A stretch of DNA of 64,000 bases from Macrostomum hystrix (taxonomy: Eukaryota; Animalia; Platyhelminthes), in NCBI GenBank assembly GCA_950097015.1, contig CATNEN010000001.1:4340001-4404000 (forward strand), in the 5' to 3' direction. Positions 1-9,839 of the stretch are shown piece after piece; position 1 is the stretch's first letter, and the number at the start of each line of letters is the position of its first letter. Both the position numbers and the translations under genes were made by a program. The notes beneath the pieces are model-generated. The model did no database searches. It was given only the letters and a program-made list of their open reading frames with translations, and was not told the origin of the DNA.

Positions 1-600
1 TTCTCACCAGTTTATTCCCTTATCTACTTATCTGTTCATTCCCTTATCTGCCTATCTGTTCATTCCCTTATCTACTTATCTGTTTATTTCCTTATCTGTT
101 CATTCCCTTATCTACTTATCTGTTCATTCCCTTATCTACTTATCTGTTTAACCCCTATCTGTTCATTCCCTTATCTACTTATCTGTTCATTCCCTTATCT
201 ACTTATCTGTTTATTTCCTTATCTGTTCATTCCCTTATCTACTTATCTGTTTATTTCCTTATCTGTTCATTCCCTTATCTACTTATCTGTTCATTCCCTT
301 ATCTACTTATCTGTTTATTTCCTTATCTGGTTATTCCCTTATCTACTTATCTGTTTATTTCCTTATCTGGTTATTCCCTTATCTACTTATCTGTTTATTT
401 CCTTATCTGTTCATTCCCTTATCTACTTATCTGTTATTTCCTTATCTGTTCATTCCCTTATCTACTTATCTGTTTATTTCATTATCTGTTCATTCCCTTT
501 TCTACTTATCTGTTTATTTCCTTATCTGTTCATTCCCTTATCTACTTATCTGTTTATTCCCTTATCTACTTATCTGTGTATTCTTTTATCTACTTATCTA
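1..600. repeat. Minisatellite of ~24/16-bp units (ttatctacttatctgttcattccc), in the intron after the ZDHHC12 exon
   Basis: Direct tandem repetition, degenerating toward ~720. Confidence 0.9.
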
Positions 601-794
601 TTCATTCACTAATCTAATTATTAGTTTATTCTCTTATCTACCTGTCGGTTTATTCTATTATCTGCCAATTTTTTTTCATATCTTTTTATCTGTTTTTTTC
701 TCCTACATTTCAATGTTTATCCCCTATCCGTATTATTCCCTCATCATCTTATCTGCTCCTGTCAGTTGATATCCTTCCGTGTCAGAGTACACAC

Positions 795-1103
795 CGGTAG
801 CATATCCTTGGTAACGTAGCCGGGGTCAATCAGGCTAGTAGCAAGGTAAAGACTCAATGCGATGAGAAACAGTGCCAAATAAGCTAGGCCTTCAATGAGA
901 GACTTCTGCAAGAACAAGTCGGCATAGAGTCGCGAGCTAGATTTAACTAGCAGTGCTGTTAGCACGGAACAGCACAGGGCTGTGTGTGCTAGCCTCATCA
1001 GCCAAGCCTTCCATTGACACTGCTGACTACCACTGAAGCAGCAACAGCAGCAGCGGCCGCCGTTGCCGCAATCCGTGGTTGACGAACTGTTGCCAAAGCG
1101 ACG
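795..1103 (-). CDS. ZDHHC12: ZDHHC12-like palmitoyltransferase, first coding exon (TM1-TM2-DPG); gene continues off the window start
   Basis: WLMRLAHTALCC...LALFLIALSLYLATSLIDPGYV resembles the ZDHHC12 N-terminus (LVRTGHTVLTW...LLYLAVSLMDPGYV). Acceptor ttttttcag ends at 1104; donor CCG|gtgtgt at 794. The DHHC domain itself is not in the window. Confidence 0.8.
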
Positions 1104-1789
1104 CTGAAAAAATGAATTGCAAAATTTCACTTATGAAAGAAAGTGCAGATTTAAAAAAATCAATTAAATTAGCAAGAAAAACTTTTTAAACAAAAAAACC
1201 ACCCACAAAAACTTCGAAGCTATTTTTTCAAACGTTTTATTTTATTAAATCAAAGTAAAGTACAGTAAATTCAAACTCATTGCAAACACAACAATTGAAA
1301 AATAAACATACGGAGGCCCAGTTACCACAGACAGAATCGGTGCTTGGAAACCAGATTGGATAATTAATGACGATGGGAAAATTAGGTTTTATGTACGAGA
1401 TTATATTGTATTGAGGGAAAGATGGATGGGTCCTTAAATACGCAGGTGAGTGAATGAATAATTAGTAGTTTATACAACAGAATAATTAAGATTCAAGCAA
1501 GTTGATTAATTAAAACTAAAAAGCAAATAATTCAAATTAGATTAAACGGAAATAAAACATCTGAAATAACGCATTTGGCATAGGAAACTTATGTAGAAAC
1601 AGTCAGTAACAATACAGTCTTGCAGCATTGCATTTGTAATTAATAAACATATATAATTATACAATCGGTTTGTTAGTTTGTATTTTAATCACTTCTTAGA
1701 ATCGGGGCAATTTATTTAGCAAGAAACTGTCTAGTAATATTAAGCCCCATAAAATTTACTTTTTGTCAACTCAATACAATTTATATCTC

Positions 1790-2385
1790 ACGTCCCTTAA
1801 AAGAGACAGCTTCAAAATCTCACCCATTAAGCGAGACAGTTTCAAAATCTCACCCATTAAACGAGACAGCTTCAAAATCTCACCCATTAAGCGAGACAGT
1901 TTCAAAATCTCACCTATTAAGAGAGACAGCTTCAAAATCTCACCTATTAAGAGAAACAGCTTCAAAATCTCACCCAATAAGAGAGACAGCTTCCAAATCT
2001 CACCTATTAAGAGAGACAGCTTCAAAATCTCACCTATTAAGAGAGACAGCTTCAAAATCTCACCCAATAAGAGAGACAGCTTCCAAATCTCACCTATTAA
2101 GAGAGACAGCTTCAAAATCTCACCCATTAAGAAAGACAGCTTCGAAATCTTACCAAGAGAGACAACGTCAAACTCTCACCCGTTAAAAGAGACAGATTCA
2201 AAATCTCACCCATTACGAGAGACAGCTAAAAAATCTCACCCATTAAGAGAGACAGCTTTAAAATCTCACGCATTAAGAGAGACAACTTCAAAATCTCACC
2301 CATTAAGCGAGACAGCTTCAAAATCTCACCCATTACGAGAGACAGCTTAAAAATCTCACCAATTAAGAGAGACAACTTCGAAATC
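1790..2385. repeat. 30-bp minisatellite (aagagagacagcttcaaaatctcacccatt) between ODR4 and ZDHHC12
   Basis: About 20 tandem copies; explains ORFs 1763..2350 and 1771..2127. Confidence 0.95.
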
Positions 2386-2957
2386 TGCATTTTAACGTGT
2401 TTTAGATCAGACGTGTTTTTAATAACTATACAAATTAGCTCGTATATAGGTTTTCTTTAATTTGTAGAAAATAATTTCTAAAAGTACACTAATGCTACAT
2501 TTTTACACCAACTACACAACAAAACAAAGGACTTTGAGCAGTCAAATCTGTACAAGGACACAGAATTACACTAAATAGAATACGATAAGACGGACTTCAA
2601 CAGTGTAGTAGATATGGTGACAACAATAAAATTACACAAACAGTTGTAATGACGCAGGCTGAAGTAGATAAGTATTCAAATGAGCATAGATCTGTAGCAA
2701 TAACTACTACTGATAGTAGAGCAATCGAGAAGAAAATAAATTATGAAACTACCTACGTCTATCTGGGATAATTGAAAAGAGATGTCCTTTTTTATTAATA
2801 TACAATGCACCTTGTCACCTATTTAGAATGCTGTTGGTGCTCATTTTTAGGGACATAAACAAGCAAAGCTTACTACTAATCGCTGGGTTATTTCAAGTAG
2901 TACATTGCACATCGAACAAATAAATAATGACATTTTTAGCTCATTCGCTTGGCATGG

Positions 2958-5839
2958 TTAGGCCTTGTAGAGCAGAACAGCCACCAGGGCCACAAGGAAT
3001 GCGACAAGCAGAGCCAGTACATAGTACAGCGGCACTTTCGTATTAACCACCCGGTCAACACCTTCGATCATCTTCTCGGCTTCGTCGGCCGACAATTCTT
3101 CTGGCGACGAGGCGGCCGAGTTGCTTTCAGCTTCCAGGCCGAAGCTCAAATCCTCGGGCGACAGGTCGGCGGAGAAGAAATAGGCCAATCGGTCCAGTAC
3201 ATCTTGCGATGTCTCGCCGGGAAACGAATAATCTGACAGGACAATCTGGGGACAGCGCGGATGGCGCACCAGGACTCGGCGGGGCAGGCGCAGTGCCGGC
3301 GATTTGCCTTCAACAATCAGGCCGCTGGAGATGCCAAGCTCCTGTGCTGCCAGATACAATCTAGCATCTAGGCCTCTGGCCAAGTCTGACTTCAATGCGC
3401 GAGACACTTCGGCTCCTGAACAGCCAGTGCGGATCAGGCCGAACAGGGGGAAACAGCCTGTGACCTGGTGAGCACCAATGCGAGCTGGTTTGAGCATAGC
3501 CGATGTCACCACTGGTGCTTAATAACTGTTATTGATCATCTCTCTAATCTCACCATTGACTCAACTGACCTCTACAATCTTAGATCAATTTTCTTAGATT
3601 CATGTTCACACATCTCAATAATTTACCTCCCCATTCTCACTCCTGACTCTCTCCGTCATCTTTCTATTCTCATTCCTGACTCTCTCTGGTATCTCTCCAT
3701 TCTCATTCCTGACTCTCTCTGGTATCTCTCCATTCTCACCCCTGACTCTCTCTGTCATCTCTCCATTCTCACCCCTGACTCTCTCTGTTTCCTCTCCATT
3801 CTCACTCCTGACTCTCCGTGTCATCTCTTTATCTCCTGACTCTCTCTGTCATCTCTATATTCTCACCCCTAGACTCTTAGATCCTTTTATTCTCACCCCT
3901 GACTATCCTAGATCCTTCTATTCTCACCCCTGACTCTTAAATCCTTCTATTCTCACCCCTGACTACCTTAGATCCTTCAATTCTCACCCCTGACTCTTAG
4001 ATCCTTCTATTCTCACCCCTGACTCTCTTAGATCCTTTTATTCTCACCCCGGACTCTTAGATCCTTCAATTCTCACCCCTGATTCATAGATCTTTCTATT
4101 CTCACCCCTGACTCTTAGATTCTTCAATTCTTACCCCTGACTCTTAGATCCTTCAATTCTCACCCCTGATTCATAGATCTTTCTATTCTCACCCCTGACT
4201 CTCAAATTCCAAGTTTCAACCAGGCAGACATGAACTCACCTCAAGCATTCGCGAACCAACAGGCAGCTCTTTAGCATACGGAGCAGCGTCAGTATCGGCA
4301 TGCTGCAATAATTCTAGAAACACAGGCTCGCGAAATGCAGCAGCAGCCGAGTCGGATCCAGCAACACGATCGAACGGCATTGGCGGTTCATTTGGTAGGA
4401 CGGCTCCATTGTACAATGGCAAACAGTCTAGGGCCTGTTTTACACACGGCTCCAATGCATTGTGCAACTGGTCAGTTAGGTTATTATTGGCTGCGGATTG
4501 CATAGAAACAGCTACGCGACTATTCAGTGTAAAGCGAGACGTGACGCACAGCCAGGCCTGCCGATTGGATTGTTCACAGCGGGACACGCGACTGGTTGCA
4601 CCGACTGGATTGGCGGCGTCCGTTGCTAGGCAACTGATGCTACAGAAGCATTAGGGGTAAAGATTAGCAATGACTAAAATGACGGACATTGCGTGATGTC
4701 ACTGGACATGTCGCTAACAAGCTTAATAGTAATAATAATAATTGCTGGAGGGCTGCGGGCAATGGTACATCATTTGGTGACACTAGACCCGAAGGCAGCG
4801 AGGAGGCAATTCTGCCCATTTCGCTGACTCCTGAGCACACACGCACACAGATACTGTACACAGGCATACGCTCACACAGGTGTGTACACTCTCACTGCGC
4901 ATTGGCCCTCAAGGGCGTGAATTGCACGACAAGCCCCCAAGCCTTCTCTCCTAAGCTGTACCTCATATGAATGTGGCCTCGCCGCGAAATCGAGCTTAGG
5001 GACCTGGGAGCGAGAGGCAAAACAGCAATTCTTACTCATTGGCATCAGATCCAACTAATAAAATGATTTTCTGCGAGCAGGCGGCCTCTTTAGTCAGTTT
5101 GGAAGCGCCAGTCAAGTCGTGAACGCGACCCAATGCCTAAAAGAAAACGCGTTATAAATCAATCCATAAATATTGACACAAACTAAAAATGTTTTATTGA
5201 ATCAGAACAGATTATGAAACTTACTATTTTTAACTGGCTTAGTTGTTCCTCGCCGGCTGCAGCCTTTCTGGCGCAAAGAAACAAGCCAATGATGTCTAGA
5301 CCGCCTGGTAGAGATCTCAACACCTGTTTTCATTTATGATGTAGTCATTTGTTAAACACACATACATTTTAGAAGGTTTATCTTACAAACTGAAAACACT
5401 AGTATAGACTAATTAGATGACGAAGCAACTATCTATATAGATAAAGGTATAGTTGCTCACGAGGTTTACTTAGCAAGAACTCACATTTTCAGCATGACGA
5501 CCAATCCATTCGCTGTCTAGCACAGCTGGCGCATCATTGGACGATTTCTTCTGTTGAGCTTGCTTTTTGCCAACATTGTCTGCTTCTGCTTCAGCATCTC
5601 CAACAGATTTGTCAGGCGTAGCACAGTGCAGCAACACTCTTACAGCAGTGGCCGAGTCATACTGTGAGGAAAAATATTCAGGACAAGATGAAACACAGAA
5701 TTGCGCATGGATAATGCTCTAAAGTAGACATCTTTAGCTTCAAGCACAAGCATACCTGACCAATCACTAGACCAAATTGTCCAGACTGTAACAGTTGATG
5801 ACTGAATGTGTTCTTGTCAATAATGACATTCTCAATCAT
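2958..5839 (-). CDS. ODR4: ODR4 homolog (tail-anchored ER factor for GPCR maturation), 6 exons, ~455 aa
   Basis: Exons 5839-5756, 5661-5485, 5323-5225, 5136-5036, 4639-4240, 3464-2958; all GT-AG with consistent phases. Motifs GLVIGQ, LDSEWIGRHAEN-VLRSLPGGLDIIGLF, LRLPRRVLV, LSDYSFPGE and a C-terminal TM match ODR4. AATAAA on the minus strand at 2796-2791. Confidence 0.92.
3625..4205. repeat. ~30-33-bp minisatellite (ttctcacccctgactc core) in ODR4 intron 5
   Basis: Two related unit types in tandem. Confidence 0.9.
4725..5020 (-). mobile_element. tRNA-derived SINE family A, 5'-truncated, in ODR4 intron 4
   Basis: Homologous to 40003-40345 (ttgcctctcgc...gaggccacattca...ctcaggagtcagcgaaatgggcagaattgcc); (ATT)n tail. 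Confidence 0.85.
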
Positions 5840-7494
5840 GTTTTTCAGAATATGCTTTAGTTTTTTATAAAGAATGCAAACACATGTAAGTCCACAGTGA
5901 GATCTGGCTGTCTTAGTGGATATGCTGAAAATAGTTAAATGTTTCAACTTAGGTTAACAAAGGGCAAGCACTTGGTCTAAGAATTTTACAACAAATTTTC
6001 CAATATAAAAATGCTACTATAAATGTAAATTAAGTTTTATTTTTTTAATTAATATTCTGGTCATAATGATATGAATAGTAAAAAATCAAAACAAAACAAC
6101 ATATTATTAAAACATTATAACTTTCAATCAATACAAACCAGGCTAGCTGGGTGTATTAGCATTGTTGCAGACATACTTTTGCTACACTAGCAAGAAAACA
6201 TAAAGAACATAGGCCCAATGATGTTGACAGAATATAATAAAGACAGTGCAAAGTATAGCCTGAATATATTGGTAGTTACAATATCAATAGAAATTACAGA
6301 TTGCTATTGCTATGCATATGCCCCATTAAGAGTTACATGAATAGGTTATTAATAGGTATGCCTGCTCTAAAATTGTGATCCTAGACAATGTGTCATAGAA
6401 TGTGTTTATCATCAAACAAACAAGAATGTGTATTTTTTTAACTTCAAACCTAAGCTACAGATTTTCTATTTAAGATATGATGATAAATCAAAAGCCATGT
6501 TATAGAAAACAGGTACATCTTTCTAAAAAGTATCTGATTTTGCTATTTTGTCAAATAGAAAAAAGTTATTCCCGCTTTTCATCGAAAACCAAACAATGAT
6601 TTTTATGTATCTTCAAACCAAACAGAGAATTTGATGTTTGGTTTTAAAATTTGAGTGAGTGGTTTAATCTTATTTTAAGGAGTGAGCTATCATGAATTAT
6701 GTCATTTGAAAGCATTTTTAATGCTCTGTAAATAACTACATTTATGGTCATTTAATTGGCAAGCAACCACATACAATCTTTGTCTAAAGTATACTGAAAA
6801 AATGTTGTTAAAAAGTATGCTTTTGCAATAAAAATTTCTACTGAAACATCAATATCTTTCTTTCCTCTTAATGCTTCATTGCACATCATGCCTCAGCTTG
6901 TAGATAATTTCTTCAACTTTCAAATTAGTTGTTCTGTGAAACACAATAGCTTGTTTCTGTCTTGCATGAGACCAAGGAAAGAGTCAAAATTATTGTTCGG
7001 TTTTGAAGATGTTCTGTTCGGTTGATGATAGGCCTACATTACACTATTACATTATAATTTTCTATTTTAAATATAGGACACTGTGTCATCTAGCCAATCA
7101 GCATGCTTTAAAGCTGGGTCAATTAATTATCCACCAAGAACAATTATTGTAGACTAGAGGTAAGGCAAGAAGAAACATGGGTACAAAGATGGACCAAGAA
7201 AAAATGTGGTGACATGAGGCATCAAAAGCTCGCACTGGCGGGACACAGTGCCTGTGAGGTATGAGTCAGACCAGGCCCACGGGCTAAGGTCTGCGATGCC
7301 TCACACCTGCAGTCGCTTTTTGAGCAGGCTTGGCAGGAAGGAGACCTGTGCCTTCGGGTGCAGGAATCCCTCCACGCTGTCCCGTCAGCTGACCCATGGG
7401 TACACGCCCCGCGAGTGTTCAAGGCTGCCCCTAGGGCAGCCGGACAGAATGGGCAACAGCGCTGGATGACCCATCCAGGGCCTCTGGCCAAACT

Positions 7495-8070
7495 GGGTAC
7501 CTCTAGCCCCGGCTGGAGGGAAAGGTGCCACCCTTTGACCTTAACAGGGTATGCGGCCAGTCCGCAACGTTCGTGCACCTGTGCGTGATCAGGTACCTCT
7601 GGCTACGGCTCTGAGGGAAAGGTGTCACCCATTGACCTTAACAGGGTATGCGGCCAGTCCGCAGTTTTCGTGCACCTGTGCGTGATCAGGTACCTCTGGC
7701 TACGGCTCTGAGGGAAAGGTGTCACCCTTTGACCTTAACAGGGTATGCGGCCAGTCCGCAGCTTCGTGCACCTGTGCGTGATCAGGTACCTCTGGCTACG
7801 GCTCTGAGGGAAAGGTGTCACCCTTTGACCTTAACAGGGTATGCGGCCAGTCCGCAGCTTCGTGCACCTGTGCATGATCAGGTACCTCTGGCTACGGCTC
7901 TGAGGAAATGGTGTTACCCTTTGACCTTAACAGGGTATGCGGCCAGTCCGCAGCTTCGTGCACCTGTGCGTGATCAGGTACCTCTGGCTACGGCTCTGAG
8001 GAAATGGTACTACCCTTTGACCCTAACAGGGTATGCGGCCAGTCTGCAGGCCTCGGTACCGGCCTTTTGG
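7495..8070 (+). repeat. Six tandem ~96-bp monomers in the LINE 5' UTR
   Basis: aggtacctctggctacggctctgagg recurs at 7591, 7688, 7784, 7880, 7976, with a diverged first copy at ~7495. Confidence 0.95.
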
Positions 8071-8252
8071 TACCCTCTAATGTCCCCAGTGCATCCGTGC
8101 TGCTGGGCTTTGCCGGACTTCAGTCCGCACTTTGGTTGGGGAGTATTCCAGCTGCTAACGGTGCCTTTTTGCTGCTCCCGGCTGGCTTGGGGTGTCGGCC
8201 AGTCGGGCTTTTCTCACTCGTTAACGAGCAGCCCCCCACCTGCTTTTCAGCC

Positions 8253-9839
8253 ATGGCCTCGCCCATCTCTTCTTTCGAAACCGAGCTAAACTCGGCCGCT
8301 CCGGACGCTGCCACTGGCAGGTCCCACGTCCTCGGTGCAGCTGGTGGGACTGAGAATCCCGCCACTGAAATCGTCGACCAGAATAAACGCAACCCGAGCC
8401 GCAAGCGCTCGGAGGAAGCGCGTGTAAGGCGCAACCAGAAGCGCAACGAACGCCGCCGTAATGCTGCGGCGGCCGCGACTGGTGGGCGCCCGACACCTGC
8501 ACACGAGGCGGGTGCGAAAGATGCGGCAGGGCCACCTGGATCCGCCGCCCCCCCCACCGCCGCTCCGGCCAGCACCATCTCCAAGGCCGGCACGGACGCC
8601 GACGGAAAGAGCGTGGAAGGCGCAGCAGGGCCATCTGGAGCCGCCGCCCCCACCGCCATCACGGCCACCACCACCCACAAGGCCGGCACATCCAACGCCA
8701 GCAAGGCCAAGGAGACCTATGCCTCCAAAGCCAAGCGGGAGCCTGTCCAGCCGGCGATCATTGTGGTCGGCGAGGAACAGGACCTCTCAAACGAGCAGCT
8801 CAAAAGCATGCTCAGGACCATCGACGAGGGCCTCACGGACCTGGCACTGGCAGGGACACCAGTCAGCATTGTCAGGTCCGAAGCGCAGGAGGGGGCTGTC
8901 CTCCTCTGGTGCAAATCGGCGGGGGATAGACACCTACTGCGCGATCGGATCAAAGACTTCAAGTGGGGCACCGATGTCGGAAGACTGAGGTGCACCACCG
9001 AGTCCGAGCGTCCACGGACCCGACGTCATCGTGTCTGGGTCCCCGACGCCTGCTCAATCCGGTCCGGGGACCAACTTTGGCAGCTGCTGCTGAAGATGAA
9101 CCCGGACCTCCCAGCCTCCGGGCTGATCTGCCACGAAACCGTCCGCAAAGAAGCGGAGGGTTTCACGGCGATCTACGGCTTCTCCGAAGCCTGGTCCAAA
9201 AGGATCCCTCACAAGAGCGTAATCAAACCGGGACTCTACCCGCTGACCATCCTGGATTGTCAGGAGAGGAAGGCCGGGGAGGGATCGGAAAATAAGCGGG
9301 CCGCTCCTGGCTCTGGGGCGAAAGCTCCGCCAGCTAAGCGGCATGCAACGTCCGTGGACCCCCGCCCGGGCAAAAATATCCGCATCGCCGAATCCGGCCC
9401 CCGAGATCGTAGACCAGCCCGCAACAACCGCAAATCGGGCCTGGTCTTGCGGGCGCTCAGCGAAGCCCGAGCGCTCAGAGAGCACCTGGAGCGCTCCCGC
9501 GCTACAAAAGCGCAAACCTCCCTTCCTCCCAGCCAGCCGCAAAGTGCCGGGACCCACGGAGCGGTGGCCACTGACTGGTCTGAGGATCCCCCTCACCGGA
9601 AGGAGGCTGCCATCCACACGGACCCGACCCCCGAGGGCGAGGCGTCGAGTGACGGCAGCGACTGCACCGTTGTTGGGTGGAGCGGCCGGGACACGCAGCG
9701 GTCAGAGCAGCAGCTCTCCGCAGCGATTCCCGCCGTTCCCTCCACAGCGGTTGCGGGCGCGCCGCTACTCATGGAGGTCTGCAGCCCGACCCCGTCTGAG
9801 GAGGACGAGCTGCTCAAGGAGACTCCCGCTGGACCATGA
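8253..9839 (+). CDS. LINE ORF1 (basic nucleic-acid-binding protein, DUF4780-like central domain)
   Basis: Open frame 8004-9839; likely start gccATGG at 8253. Arg-rich N-terminus, KETYASKAK and GAVLLWC...W...RVWVP...LLKMNPDL resemble LOA-clade ORF1. Confidence 0.8.
   Translation: MASPISSFETELNSAAPDAATGRSHVLGAAGGTENPATEIVDQNKRNPSRKRSEEARVRRNQKRNERRRNAAAAATGGRPTPAHEAGAKDAAGPPGSAAPPTAAPASTISKAGTDADGKSVEGAAGPSGAAAPTAITATTTHKAGTSNASKAKETYASKAKREPVQPAIIVVGEEQDLSNEQLKSMLRTIDEGLTDLALAGTPVSIVRSEAQEGAVLLWCKSAGDRHLLRDRIKDFKWGTDVGRLRCTTESERPRTRRHRVWVPDACSIRSGDQLWQLLLKMNPDLPASGLICHETVRKEAEGFTAIYGFSEAWSKRIPHKSVIKPGLYPLTILDCQERKAGEGSENKRAAPGSGAKAPPAKRHATSVDPRPGKNIRIAESGPRDRRPARNNRKSGLVLRALSEARALREHLERSRATKAQTSLPPSQPQSAGTHGAVATDWSEDPPHRKEAAIHTDPTPEGEASSDGSDCTVVGWSGRDTQRSEQQLSAAIPAVPSTAVAGAPLLMEVCSPTPSEEDELLKETPAGP

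Noticed and set aside
7735-7785. Twister-like pattern (UAA-CAGG...GCCAGUCCGCAGC...CCUG) in the 96-bp monomers
   Set aside because: Lacks the conserved GAGGG-type strand with the catalytic G; the region varies between monomers and forms a competing hairpin
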